A stretch of DNA of 64,000 nt, from positions 4,960,001-5,024,000 of the forward strand of contig NC_059438.1 of NCBI RefSeq assembly GCF_021028975.2, in the 5' to 3' direction. Below, piece after piece: positions 11,609 through 25,095 of the stretch (position 1 is its first letter; each line of letters begins with the position of its first letter). The DNA is from Sphaerodactylus townsendi (lineage: Eukaryota). The position numbers and the translations under genes are program-made. Below the pieces are notes generated by a model that ran no database searches, was not told where the DNA came from, and saw only the letters and a list, made by a program, of their open reading frames with translations.

Positions 11609-13363
11609 GGTGAAAGCCTGCCCTTCATCCACAGCTGTGGGGCAGCCCCATTCTCAACCTACCCCCAATGATTTTTAGTGTCCCCCCCCCCATGTACAGG
11701 ATGAAGCAGAATGCTGGCAAAAGAAACAAACAAAACCCATCAAACTTCCATTGCCCAATTTAAAACAAGATATGACCCCTGGCCCGTTCTGCGGAGTTTC
11801 TCTGATCAATTCAATTCTCACCTCCAGTGCCTGCCTCCTAGCAAATAAACTTAGCATGTCTTCCTTATAGGCAAGGAGACAGAGAAGGAAATCGCATTTA
11901 GCCACATCTGAATAATCATGATTATTAGACCATGCCTGGAAGGAGTGAGGGGGGGGGGGAGCATCCTCTCCATTCCCCTCCTTCTCATTGTCGTTCTCAC
12001 CTGGCTGGTGATTAAGCGGTGGGATGCTGCTGCCAATTGTTAATTAGGTGTTAATATCTGTAAGGTGCAACAGTATGATCCTGCACCTGGGGTCATTCCT
12101 CAGAAACTCAGGCTGTCTCCGGTGACAGTACCAGAAATTCCCCCAGCGAGCCATATTCCCGCTCAACAGCTGGAGCGTTCTGCTCCTTTCATGACTGGCT
12201 TCATTTCCCAATGCAAGAAATTATATGAGTGCTAATATCTTTATTATCTTTCCCGGAGAGGCGTGATGCTCGAGTGAGCCACATCGCCTGCTGTTCAAAT
12301 AGATTCGGTTCCCCCCCCCCTCTCCGCATCTTCAAACAGCAGCCTACCTGAGGCCAGAATCCCCCACACTCATCAACACGCACACACACACCTGCGCACA
12401 ACAACAAAAATGTGTTTGTGGTTAACCCGCTAAAAGATTCCAGCCGAACCAAAGATCAGCTAGAATGCTGGACAATGGAAGGGAATCAAATTTTAGCAAT
12501 TAAACCCCAGGATAAGCTTCAGGAATTAACAGGCAGAAATTCAGATTATTTTCTAAACAGTGAAAGCAGTGTAAAGGCACGGGGTGATACAAGCTTTTCC
12601 AGAGATATGAAGTAGTCTCGGGACATATGTTATTAAAAACCTTGCTGTATCGCAGATTTTTTTTTTAAAAAAGGGTTTTTTAAAAAATTCGGCTCTCCCT
12701 TACGAGCACTGAAGGAGACTCGTTTTTTTAAAAAAATCACTGATGTAATGTTCAAAGTGTGTATTTAGAACTAATGTAAACTCACTGTGGGATTCAAACC
12801 AATATACCCCCATGCTTGTAGAAAGAGGTCACAGGGGCCAGATAAAACAAACAGAAAATCGACAGCCTCGCTTCTGTAACGGTACTCACGTCAAAGTGTT
12901 CTACAAACATACCTTCATTCTCTTCGTATCCCTCAGAGATGTTGCAAAATGAGTTCCTACTTGCCAACTCGCTCAAAAGGAAAAGCCATCCACGGTTCAG
13001 GAGCAGAAGCAATTCATTCTCCCCATCTGCTACAACAGTAACCCACTGCTTAGTACCAAAACGGAACTGACGAGGGTCATGTTGGTTGAAAGCCTTCCAA
13101 GTAGAAAAGCAGGATACATCAGGGATGCCTACTGCCTTAATTTGGCTAGGACACGCTTAAAAGTAAATCATCATCTCTTGAGATGTTCTGAGTTTCAAAA
13201 GCATACAGCATTCAAATGCTTTAATTTCCTTAGTTAAATTTGATGTTACGTTTTACATACATTGTGTTTAACACCAGTAATTATCAATAAACAGAAATCA
13301 ATTCAGATTTCTCTCAGTATGCATTCAGTAGCACCACAAAGATTTCCAGTCAAGACCTTGGAC

Positions 13364-13697
13364 CAGTGTTTTCCAACCTTTTCGACGTCACGGTACCCTT
13401 GACCTTACTCTTCATATCTCATGGTACCCCTGCCATCCTCCCCCCACCTTCCCCTCCCAGTTCCCCTGCTTGCCACCCCCCACCTTCCCCTCCCAGGGTG
13501 AAGGAAAGCACAGGGTGTGGGTGAGAAGTGGCTGCTGACCTTGCGGCAGGCCCTGCCCCCTGTGCCAACTCCATATCCTTGCTGGTGCCGGCGGGAGACA
13601 CCACAAAAGTGAGGGGGGCCGGTAGCATTGCCATGGTACCCCTGGGGTATGCTCACAGCACCCCAGGGTACCATGGAACCCTGGTTGGAAATCGCTG
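13364..13697. mobile_element. hAT MITE
   Basis: Terminal inverted repeats (TIRs) cagtgttttccaacc / ggttggaaatcgctg; 8-bp TSD ccttggac/ccttagac. Confidence 0.85.
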
Positions 13698-14460
13698 CCT
13701 TAGACTCTTGAAACCATATACCCTGGAAATCTTGTTGGAATTTAAAGTGCTACAGGACTCAAATCTCACTTTTCTACTGCAGATACTCACAGCTAGCGTA
13801 ACCTCAGCTTGTGGGTTCTGTGGGGCAGAACTTGGAAGGAGTTTGCAACAACTAAATTTTAAACAAAATGGTTTACTTTCTTTAACATATGAAAATGATC
13901 AAACATTAACATTTAACTTAACACTCCAAGGTCCCATTCAAGTTTCATTCCAAGTCCTTCTAATTACAGTATGATAATGCCAAGTCCATTCTTCCTGCTG
14001 GTGGTTGGCTCATGAAGACTCCAGAGGCTTGGTGAACTGGATTCGAGATGATGAAGGTCCCCAAAAGAACTCTCACCATTTACATACACAAAACCCTTAA
14101 ACAAGGTGTTAAGGGCTTATAAAAATCAACCAAGGTCCCAGCCTGGTAGCCTTGCTCCCTCCAACTTCATGAGCTTTGCAGCCTCCTGCTGCTTTCAGTC
14201 TCCACCCCTTTCTCGGTCATCCCATTCTGAACATAGGGGTTACGCTAGTACCCTGAAACTGTCCTCAATATGGACTGATATCCAGGCATACATAAATGTA
14301 CAGATCCTTTAGCACTACATATCCATATCCATTTGTCTTCTAAATTCCAATCTACAGTCTTTCCCTTGATCAACATCACACATTTTGTTAATGCACAAAG
14401 ATGCACCTAAATAGGACATTCTTTGTTCAGACACTGGTGTTGATTCTGAGGAGAGGTTGC

Positions 14461-14810
14461 CAGTGGTGGGATCCAAAAATGTTAATAACAGGTTCCCATG
14501 GTGGTGGGATTCAAACTGTGGCGTAGCGCCAATGGGGATGGGCAGGGCACGATGGGGCCGTGGCAAGGACGCAGCTGCTGTGCCGGTCCTTGGGCAGGAA
14601 ACGAACGCACGCAGGTGCAGGCTGCCACGCACGCCGGTGCACCTCCTGCTAGACTGCTTCAAGTTCTGCGCACTACTGCTGAGAGGAGGGGCGTAACTAA
14701 GGCAAAAATCACGTGGCAAAATCACCAATTAGTAACCCCCTCTTGGCACACACAAATAATTAGTAACCTACTCTCGGGAACCTGTGAGAACCTGCTGGAT
14801 CCCACCTCTG
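14461..14810. mobile_element. hAT-like MITE
   Basis: TIRs cagtggtgggatcc / ggatcccacctctg; CpG-rich interior; only a possible 5-bp TSD (gttgc/gttgt). Confidence 0.75.
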
Positions 14811-17055
14811 GTTGTACGCCTGTTTTGTCAAGCTGGAAACAGATGATTCAGACTGGCACACTGAATCCCAAAACTAAATGTCCATATTATAAACAGAAGT
14901 CTGTCATAGACTTGTACCCAATTGTTTAAAGTCATAATTTCAACCCGGAAATGTACGAGATGAACAAATCTAATGCCACCAAGTGTCAATGCCTCTAAGA
15001 GTTTGGTTATTACAGAGTTGAGTCAGACTAGAAGATACAGTTTCGATCCCCCATTCTACAACGAAGCACATTGGATGAATGAATACGTGTTGGTAATTTT
15101 TTTTCCTCAGGCAAATCTTGATCACAAGGTTGTATGATAATACAATGGGAGGGGGGAGACGCATGCATCTCCTTTGAGACTAGGCAAGATAAAATATGCA
15201 ATACCTATCTGTTGGATGCATTAACATATTGCCTTGGGAAGGGTTTTCACACATGACATGACAATCAGATTTCCCACACATACAAACAACTGGCCAGAGC
15301 TCAGTTCCATTATAATCCATGTTAATAACACAGAACATCAAAAGTAAGCATATAAGGGGAAGGGTGGCATACAGATAAATAAGTATTAATTAATTAATTG
15401 TGTATCAGATGCTCATACAGGTTTTTAAGCATTGTGTGAAAGTGCCTCCAGCTCCTTCCTTGGGGGCAAAGTATAGTATGAGCCAAGAATAACCAAGGCA
15501 CGTGTCCAAAAACTGTTTTCAGGGCCAGAGCTCAATCTTTGAACAGGCAACATGAAGCAGTTGTCTAAATGGGTCAGTTTTATCGCTGGAGCTTAGCAAA
15601 TTTCACCTGGAATTGCACTAGAGATCACCTGGAAACCATTTACAAGTAATTCCGAGCTCTTAAGCCTTAAGGGGAAGAGAAAGACATATATAAAATAAAG
15701 GCAACCTTTTGATGCAAACCCTCAGTTGCAACTGCATTGTGATACCACCAACCATTCAGGGGGGTGGATAGAATGCAGGCCTGCATAACTATGGTAGCAA
15801 ATGTGTCTGGATCTTATGCTAACAATTATATTTTAAAATAATCCAGTGCTTTCTGCAGGTTACAAAAGCACTCAGAGCAAAAAGAATATAAAGTTTGTAG
15901 TCTTGATTACATTACTAGCACCAAAGCACGGCTTTTCCACTGATTTTTTTTTCATGCCAAAAGAAACCTACAGGGTGCTCGATGTACACTAGCAATCAAT
16001 AGACTGAGGAACTCTTTGTGAGAAAGTACCGCATTCTTTCGTCAAAAGAAGAAAGCCATATTTCAGTGCAGTTATTCCTGTATTGCTTGGAGGTATACAT
16101 GCATACCATTACATGACAGAATCCTCTAAAAGAAAAAGAAATGAAGACTTCAGTGCCAGTTAATGTAAGGTATTCTGAAAAAATGAATCGACTGTGAATG
16201 CGATTTTTAAAAAGTGATTTGCTGCTGCTTCCGATCCATTTTGTGCCAGGCTGATTTTTCATCATAAGTGTAGATCTCACCAATATCTAACCTGAGAAAA
16301 AAATGATGATACAATCATAGTCAAATTGACCTGATTTCTGAACACTGTCCTTACTATATGTTAAAGTGACACATTTATATATTATGGCTATGTTCTTGGA
16401 ATCATTCTCTTTTGGTCAGAGAATCAGGGTAGCTTCCTGACCAGAGTGTGAAAATGCGCCTCCTCTGCCAGAGCTGCAAGGAATGCTGGGTGGAAACAGT
16501 ACCCACGCAGCAGTCCCGCATCACCCATTATTTCTGCAACCCCACGATCACTTGCTCCTTCCGCTTACCCCCTGCCACTACATAAAACGAGGGCCCAAAT
16601 AAGGCATGTTGCAGCCCTAAGCTATGCCACGTTTAAGAGGTTCCACAGCATTACCCCCAAAATTGTAATCAAGTTACTTCTTGCATATAGGGGCATGTTA
16701 TAATCTGAGGCCCCTAATCTGTACGTTACTTGGTGGTGGAAAGTTCCATCAAGACAAAGATGACTTATGACGACCTCCTTGAGTTTTCAACATGGAAATT
16801 ATTTTGAACATTTAAATTATTTATTTATTCAAATATGAACTGGAAAATTTCCCTGAAAAACCCATATCATGGTTATAGAACATCCATGTTACATGCTCTG
16901 TTCTGTTGCTTCCAGACAAGAATACAGAAACATGTCCCTTCCACCGCAGAAGATGCAAGCAATGAAGAAATGGGCATCTGCCCTCCACTGATGTCACACT
17001 GCTTGTCGCTGCCAACACCTTGATGATCCTTGTAAAAGAAATTGTGGCACTCTTC

Positions 17056-17240
17056 CAGGGCCGGAGGGAGGGGAAACAGTGCTGGAGGATACGCTTGCGC
17101 CCTGTGACCCTGCCACACCCCATCTGCCCCGCTCTGCCTCCACCACAACCTGGAATGCCCCCATCATGCCTCCGCCACATTCCTGCCCCAGTGCGCGCCC
17201 GGTGTGTCACCCCCCAAGTCCCCTTGGTGCTACGCTATTG
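17056..17240. mobile_element. hAT MITE
   Basis: Perfect 8-bp TSD cactcttc on both sides; one terminus resembles the element at 56362-56502 in opposite orientation. Confidence 0.8.
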
Positions 17241-18214
17241 CACTCTTCCATGTCCCTAGTCAGAACTGAATAGAAACAACAGGGACCGAACAACTCCTAA
17301 TTTTTGCACTCTTATCCTTAAAACTTCTCTGTTGCCTTCTACCTGGTTTTTCATAAGGCACAGTTGCTTCTGTGCCATTCATATATTGCATGGCTTTCTC
17401 CTTTGTAATTTGACCCACCTTTCTCATTTCAGTTCTTCAGGCCAAGAGTCAGTTGATCCAAAGGACATGGGTCTGTTCACCAGCAAAGACAAATTAGCCA
17501 GGAACTGCTGACATCCCTACCAGATTCAATACTTTAAAGCCAGTTTAGCAAGAGGAGTTCAAGAGCAGGAATTTAAGTAGAAAAGTTGAGATAGCCACCA
17601 GGGAGAGCAAATATTGGACTTTTCATATCTCAGCTTATTATTCCTAATATTACACAGAAACTTCCCCCGATTGTCCTTTTCTTTCCCAAATTCCCCATCT
17701 GACCAGATGTCTCTCTCTCTCTCTCCCTTGCTTCCACCCGTCAATCACATTCACAGCTGAAATTTGATTTCACTCCCAACAGTAACCTTATATGAAATAT
17801 TACCATAGGGGTCAGTACAGTCTGAGCCTTGCCACAGAAATTCATTAACTCTTCCTAGGTCCAATATCTGTTTGTTTCAAAGTTAAATGGCTTTAGAGCT
17901 ACTTGTTTTTGCAACATGAATTGGTCAGCCGTTACTATCCCCAGTTGAGGAGGAAGAAAAATTACTGGATCTTTCTCTGGTTTCTCAAACCCAGACATTA
18001 CAATTGTAAATAGAAACACAGGTGTTTTCCTTTCCCCAACAACTACAAAAAAATCAGAAAACTGAAAGATTAATTAAAACGAAGTATATGGGCTGATATT
18101 TTTGGACAGCACAGTGACATCGCAAGGTTTTCTGCCTGTTTATTTATTAACAATTACTCCAGAGTCACCTGGTTAAAATTAATTAAAGAAGAAAATAAAA
18201 TTGGATTGTAAATA

Positions 18215-18476
18215 CAGTGGAACCTCGGTAATCGTTGCCTTTGGTTTTTGCCAGTTTTGGTTTTCGCCAGTCGCCCCCCGGCCGTTTTTTTGCCTCGGTT
18301 TTCGCCGGGCGCCTCCATTTTCAGCTACACCATTTGCGTAAATTTACGCTTTTTGCGTAAATTTGCTACGCCATTTGCATAGCGCATGCGCAAACGGCGT
18401 AGCTTCAGTTTTCGTCGGTTTCGGTTTTCGCCGAGCGTCGCCAGATGAATTACCAGCGAAAACCGAGGTTCCACTG
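18215..18476. mobile_element. Tc1/mariner (Tigger/pogo-like) MITE
   Basis: TIRs cagtggaacctcgg / ccgaggttccactg; TA TSD; internal ttttcgcc sub-repeats; CpGs retained, suggesting a young copy. Confidence 0.9.
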
Positions 18477-19980
18477 TAGTCAGTCTCTCTACTTGGCATG
18501 AAGTAACTAAGGCTATAACTGTAAACATTTTTAAAATTGTATTCTAAAGTACATCTGAACAAAACTAGTTATGGAAATCATATCTGGTCAAGCAAGCATA
18601 GAAATATATAAGGCCCCCAAGAGGAGGAGGAATAATTTTTTTAAAAAAAAGTAGGGGGGATTTTACCCATTTTTCTCCTGGGGATCTTTCTTTGACTTTT
18701 CTGTTGGAAAAACTGATAAATTTTAGGAAACACTAAAGAACTACATGTGAGATGCTATTTTAAGGCAAAGTTTCATTTGGTCAAAATATTTAGCACTAAA
18801 GTCTGAGGGATTATTCTTTCAATTTTTCCAGTGCACATTTTGGGGAGCACATTTATTCCCAGGAAATATTTATTTTATGTTGGAATTAATTCAGTTATTT
18901 TATGACTGTCACTCACTCAAAATAGTTACAATTCAGTTTTTCTGATGGAAAAATTTGGAGAAATTTGGAGAAATTCTGATGGAGAAATTTGGGAGAGTTG
19001 TGAAAAGCTATGAAATTTGATACGAATTGGAAAGAGTGAAATGTGCTAAAGTAGCATCAGCTGCAGTTTTTCCTCACTTTATGATTTTGGCACCTTTGCA
19101 ATTGTCCTTGTAGAAAACATTCCATAAATGTGTCAAATAATACAATTTTCTGTGATAGCTAACTTATAAGTGACCTATTTCATGATGTTGAAGAAACAGA
19201 ATAGGTTTAGATTGGATGGGAAGGCACAATGTATAAATATTGGTAAAAACAGCCCTGGAAAAGGGCCCCACCCTTCAGTCTGCTTTGCCTCTGCCCAGCC
19301 AAAGGACGGAAGGAGAAAGGAGATGTGTTACATCCTCCATGCCTGTCCAGACTTCCCAGCATTGTGCGCAACTTGACTGGACACTGCCCTTTTTGCCATT
19401 GGGCTGGCCGTCTACTAGTCTACCAGGAAAACTCCCGGTCATCATAATGGCCGAATCACACTATTTGCAACTCCATCTACTGTGCCACATTAACACAGGG
19501 AGATATTTGGTAGCAAATGGGTCAATGTATGATTTTTTTAAAGCAAACTTTTAAAAATGACGTTTAAACACAATAGCATTTGTGAACGGCATACAAACAC
19601 CCAATGTTTCCGTGCCTTAGTTTTTTCAAGCGTAAACAAAAATGACACACGATCCATACAAAAAGACATTTGAAGGGCTGCCGAGAAACTGGAGTCCATT
19701 TTATTCTATGTCTACGTAGATAAATGTGGAGGGACTGTAATGGGCCCTAGCCCTCAAAGGACTCAAAGGAGGAGCAAACGCATTCCAACATTTTCCCGCT
19801 TCACCCAATTCCTAAATCAATTCCCTGTAACCAGCAACCGTGCAATTAAACCCTCTTAACAGAAATAATTTTAAACTGAATGAAAAGACAACTGCATTCT
19901 TAGTTGAAGTAATTATTTGGCAAGGCAGTACAATGGGGCAGTCGTACTTTTCACTAACAGCAAAGATCTGACAATTAACT

Positions 19981-20134
19981 NNNNNNNNNNNNNNNNNNNN
20001 NNNNNNNNNNNNNNNNNNNNNNNNNNNNNNNNNNNNNNNNNNNNNNNNNNNNNNNNNNNNNNNNNNNNNNNNNNNNNNNNNNNNNNNNNNNNNNNNNNNN
20101 NNNNNNNNNNNNNNNNNNNNNNNNNNNNNNNNNN
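19981..20134. other. Assembly gap
   Basis: Run of N. Confidence 1.
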
Positions 20135-21658
20135 AGATTGTTTCCCCTTAAATATTAGGTAGCCCAGGAAAAACCAGCAAAACCAGCTTTTGTCTTTCTA
20201 AAGGAAGAAGATTGAAGGGGGTGGGGGGTGGGAAAGCCCTGAAATTGAGGGAAATAATAATAATAATAATTTTTGTTAGTATTAGTAGTAGATGTTTTTA
20301 CATGCTGAATCACTGTCTAGACATTTGTCCTGGTAGGTATCACGAATATTACAAGAAAAGGCAGAGAGGGGACCTTGCCCAGAATGCTGCTAAGACACAA
20401 ATCCAAAAGGAATCAATAAATTCAGCCAGTGGTACTTAACCTTGGACCCATTAACACAGACAGCCCGAAAGATAAGGGAGGAAGACAGGAATTCATTTAA
20501 GGAATTCATTAGAATCTGGGAGTACTAAAGGAACCCCACAAATAAGGCTATGCCCCTCTCACTGCAGCTGCAATAACACAGCTTGCTGATGGACAACTTC
20601 ACTACCACAACCTGAGGAGAAGTAAAGGTCCGAGGTGGCTTGCTAAGAGGGCCTTCCACTCCTGCTACCTGTAGTAGCAGCCCTCCCCTGGAATGTCCCT
20701 TGTGCCTCAAACAACCATGTGACAGACAAAAACAAAACAAAATCATAAATGCAGCTTTCCCAGTTGTGGATTTTCCATATTAGGAGGAGCTGTAACTAAT
20801 GAAGTTTCCAGAACCATCAGTTGCTAGTGGCTTATAAATTCTAATGGGGGTGGGGGTGGGGGTGGGGGTGGTAGCCTTACATCACTTCCATCTTTAGCAG
20901 AAAGTCAGATGCAGGAACTATAAATGCTTTCACTGGTTCTTGTTAGCCACAAGAGACAGCCAAAACCAGTGCTGCAGATCTGAATTATGCAAAGAGAAAG
21001 ACTAGCATCATCACACCAGGAGAAAGAGAGAGGGAGGAGAAAATGGTCAGATGTCCATCTCTGCACCCAGGCAAATATACAGACAAGTTTAAACACCCAA
21101 AGGTGGCTCACTCTTCCCACCAACATCTGCTTATCGAGCTTTAGAACACGAAGCCCCGTGATTTGGAAAAGTCAGCCAAGGGTACGAAAATGAGGCTGTT
21201 TCATTTGGAGGCCGAGGTGCTACATCTACACAATCATGTCGCAAAAGGTAAACTGAGTAGCACGGATCTTTCATACAATTTGAGACAGGCTGTCAGAATT
21301 CGTGCTCCATAAAGCCACAGCACATTCTGGAATGCGCACGGGTAAAAAAAATGAAGCATAACAGCAGCGCCACGTCTGAAAGCGGCGACACACGGCCCAT
21401 GAAATCACAGAGGAAATCTGCTTGGTATCCAAAGAGGAAGGCGAGAAAATGCAGCACAGAAGTCCACCGTTACACAGAAACAGCGGCTTGCTCAAAGCTT
21501 TCGGGAAAAAATCAATAAGGAAACTCTCATTGTATTCAATAGATTTTGCATCATGCACCAGCTTGGCAATTTGGTTTGGTTTTTTTTTTTAAAAAAATCC
21601 CAACTATATGAAAAGGAAAACAAAGTGTACCTTTTCAGACTTCAGGCAACAGGGATTC

Positions 21659-21692
21659 TCACATCACTGATGTAGAAGATTCTCTTGGGTAC
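21659..21692 (-). CDS. MAF: c-Maf long-isoform terminal coding exon (exon 2), encoding (M)YPRESSTSVM-stop
   Basis: The minus strand reads ...ttttactaaattag|G TAC CCA AGA GAA TCT TCT ACA TCA GTG ATG TGA. Joined to the exon-1 donor TTC AT|gtgagt (35631/35630) it gives EFFMYPRESSTSVM. This matches my recollection of the bird/rodent long c-Maf C-terminus (YPRESSTTVM-like). Phase is compatible; the intron is 21693-35630. Confidence 0.9.
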
Positions 21693-23177
21693 CTAATTTA
21701 GTAAAATATATTAAAATAAACAACATAGTATTAATAAGGGGGTTCTGAAAAGCTACATTTGTATAAACCCTGTACAAGGCAGAGTTATTTTTTGTTTTTC
21801 TTTAACAATATACTATTACAGGATGGATACTAAAGTAGTATTGTGGGAAATGGACTTCTATTTCATTAAAAAAATACTACATGTTCTGATGTTTGTTAAT
21901 ATAATAGTACTTCCTTAAAGTTGGAAATTAAATAACCTTTTCATACTTTTCATAAGCTGTGAACCATAATACTTCCAGGTTTTCCCTACTGAATTGATTG
22001 TATTGATATTTATATTTAATTCAAATAATTAATTAGCCATGTTAATATAAATGGGAGAGATTATATGTTCTTTGTTAGTTTCCAGGCAACCCTGCAATCT
22101 CAAAAAAGAGAAACCTCATTTTTCACTTTAATATATTTAAGTTATGCATGCTTGGATTGCAAAGAACCCCCCCTCCCCCGCCCCAACAGAACAAAACACA
22201 CATTTAAAACTCTGTTTTAAAAAAACTGAGCTTTGGAATGCATTGGAACTGCTACAGTGCAACCACTTTACCCTAGAGCAACCCCAGTCAAAAACATTGC
22301 TTCATACTAAACAAACTGAAATGATCATACAGTTAACATTACCTAAAAGTGGACAACACAAATTCTGGGGAAATGGTCCATGCTTGTATATAGCAGCATG
22401 CTTAGAAAAATAAATCCTGTAACTTGACATTAAAAGGGGGAAAAAAAGACGACTTATAGGAGTGATTGCCAAACTTCTGATCAGCACAGAAAAACTGTCC
22501 ACTCTACTTTTTTTCTTACTATTTTATTTTTCCTCCAGAGATACAGATCCCTATGAACAACAAAGCTTAGTGGTGTGAAATATTGAAACTTGTAGAACAC
22601 ACGTAAAATGTGCTGGATTGTGTGGGAAAACACAACAGTAGACTGCGAGATACATAATGATGGCTTCCGGATGCCTCCCGTGCCTGCCTCCTGTGTTATT
22701 TTTGGATCAAAAAAGAGCAAGCGATTGGGGATACTGCCTCCTTAAATGCAATATTTGGCATTCCGCCCAGGATCTCTTAAACAGATGACTTCTTTAGACC
22801 TTGGGTGTCATTTTCCTCAAGATGACCTCTGCTTTCATGCCAACTGGCGAATCCATCCAATTATGAATGCATTCATTTGGAAGGGATAGGTATTCAATTC
22901 TCCGCCCCCCCCCCCCCACGCACCTGAAGTGCGTCCAAAAAATCTGTTGTGGTCAGCATCCTTTTATTATCTTAAGGCTATCCAGAGGATATCCCTGCTC
23001 TGGCACAACCCCCAACACAATCGGCTCAGAAGATCTAAAGCCCGAGAACAGGCTCTTTGCAGAGGCAGCACACGAAGTCCAACCACTCCGTTCAAATGAT
23101 CTGGTGATTTGGGATTAATAGACAGAGGAAGCAAGAAGTTCAGCATTAATGCAGCCCAGCGAGGCAATTAGGTTTAT

Positions 23178-23264
23178 AGTGCAATCCAGAACAGAGTTTC
23201 TCCAGTCTAAACCCATTGACTTCAATTGGCTTAGATTGGAGTAACTCTGTTCTGGATTGCACTG
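23178..23264. mobile_element. ~85-bp palindromic mini-MITE; degenerate relatives near 28730-28810, 29510-29665, 42120-42200 and 60510-60541
   Basis: agtgcaatccagaacagagtt...aactctgttctggattgcact forms a near-perfect hairpin. Confidence 0.7.
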
Positions 23265-23376
23265 CTATTCATTTCACATGGCTGATATTATTCCTATCTT
23301 TTTTTCGTTTGGCAGCATTGGTATGAGAGTTAACATTCGTTTGTCCCTCCTCATCTGGGTCTCTTACAAGCTGGTG

Positions 23377-23583
23377 AGAGCCAGAGTGGTATAGGGGTTA
23401 AGAGTGGCAGACTCTTATCTGGTGAACTGAATTTGTTAGTCATACATTCCTGCCTGGTGACCTTGGGCTAGTCACAGTGCTCACAAGGCATCTGTTGTGG
23501 GGAGAGGGAGGGAAAGGAGTTTGTAAGCCACTTTAAGACTCCTTACTGGAGGGAGAAGCAGAATATAAATCCAAACTCATCTT
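23377..23583 (+). mobile_element. tRNA-headed MIR/CORE-like SINE
   Basis: gagagccagagtggtataggggttaagag...ataaatccaaactc. Confidence 0.75.
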
Positions 23584-23825
23584 ACATATATGTTTTAAAA
23601 AACCTTCCCCAAGAAAAACTGGTGGAATTGTCAATCTAATCTGATACAAATCTCTTCTCTTTCAATCTTACTATTTCCATTTTACCATTATTAAAGCTTG
23701 GCTTTGGACTAAGTCCCACATCAAATGTACAATACACTTTTTCTACCCACACACTCACTTTCTACCCACACACTCACACACTCACCCCCTGCCCCAAGAC
23801 TAAAATTTGTGGTATATTCTAGAAT

Positions 23826-24142
23826 GCCCTGATCTAGATGGCACAGGCTACCCCAGAGGTCTGCAACCTGCGGCTCTCCAGATGTTCATGGACTACAATT
23901 CCCATCAGCCCCTGCCAGCATAGCCAATTGGCCATGCTGGCAGGGGCTGATGGGAATTGTTTCAAGGCTGTCTGGAGAACCACAGGTCTAGTCAGGCTAA
24001 ACTAATCTCTCCAGGTCTCAAGCTAAGTAGGCCCAGCTGTGGTTAATATTTGGATGGGAGACCACCAAGAAGTCCAGGGACACTATGCAGAGGCAGGCAA
24101 TGGCAAACCGCCTCGGAAATGAGCTGTGACTTGGCAGCATTT
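23826..24142 (+). mobile_element. 5S rRNA-derived SINE interrupted by a MITE
   Basis: aagctaagtagg...ggttaatatttggatgggagaccacc and ggcaatggcaaaccgcctc. Confidence 0.7.
23854..23988. mobile_element. Palindromic URR1-like hAT MITE nested in a 5S-derived SINE
   Basis: Palindrome ggactacaattcccatcagcccctgccagcat...atgctggcaggggctgatgggaattgt; same core as 55631-55861. Confidence 0.75.
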
Positions 24143-25095
24143 TCCTCTACCAAGATGGCCTCCTTAGGTGCTTGCAAAAAGGAGAATACAATAAACTTGT
24201 CATTCCTAGCACTCACAAGTGCTGCGGGCCCCTCACCACTTTCCTATTTGCAGATGATTTCACCAGTGGAGCAAAAAACGGTATCTCACAAAGATTTTTT
24301 TAAAAAATAACCTCAAATAAATAAGCTCCCTGTGCAGGAACACTTTGACCCCTTGGGTTAACTGCAATGGTCCCAACCAGCCAAATTCATTAGCAGATAA
24401 AGACACACAACGGGGACTCCTCTCCTGCAAACACCCCAGGCTGTTTTTTTTAGATCTTTCTAAAGGTTAAAAGAAAGAAAGGGAGTGCAATGAATACAAA
24501 GGGCAGGAATATGGAACCGGAACTTCCATGAAGCAGCAATTTAGAAGCCTGGGCTTCAGATGTGACCTCTGAAAAATGTATAAAGGGGTGGAAATGACAT
24601 ACTTTTTGTATGTTTCTTGTCTGAATGTTAACCACCTAGAGCTCATCAGGAATATGCAAGGAAATAAATTGCAGACACCATTTGCACTAAGAGATACAGA
24701 AGTCATTTAGGGCAATGCTCTCAGAAGCTGGTATCAAAATCTGTCGTGTTTTTTTAAATGCACATTTTAAACCTGCAGTTAATGACTCAGCCAAATGACT
24801 CTGGTTCCATTTACCTGCAGCTAGTTTCTGAGTCTTGAGAAGCCAAAAAGTCTTAGAAAACCATCACGCCCTGCAAGGGATTAATTGCCCTCACAAAGGT
24901 CACAATCTGTTCTTGTAGCATGAGTATGAAAATAGAAAGAAAAGTTTAGTGCAGGCATTAACATGGCGGGCTGCTAGAAGGTTTTGTTCAAGGTGGAGGC
25001 TGCATACCTTGAACCAGCAGTCACACAAGTGAAACTTCTTCCAGTCAACAATGGTCGTAGCCAAAGACCCACCCCTGCTAGACCTAGCCCTGTTA

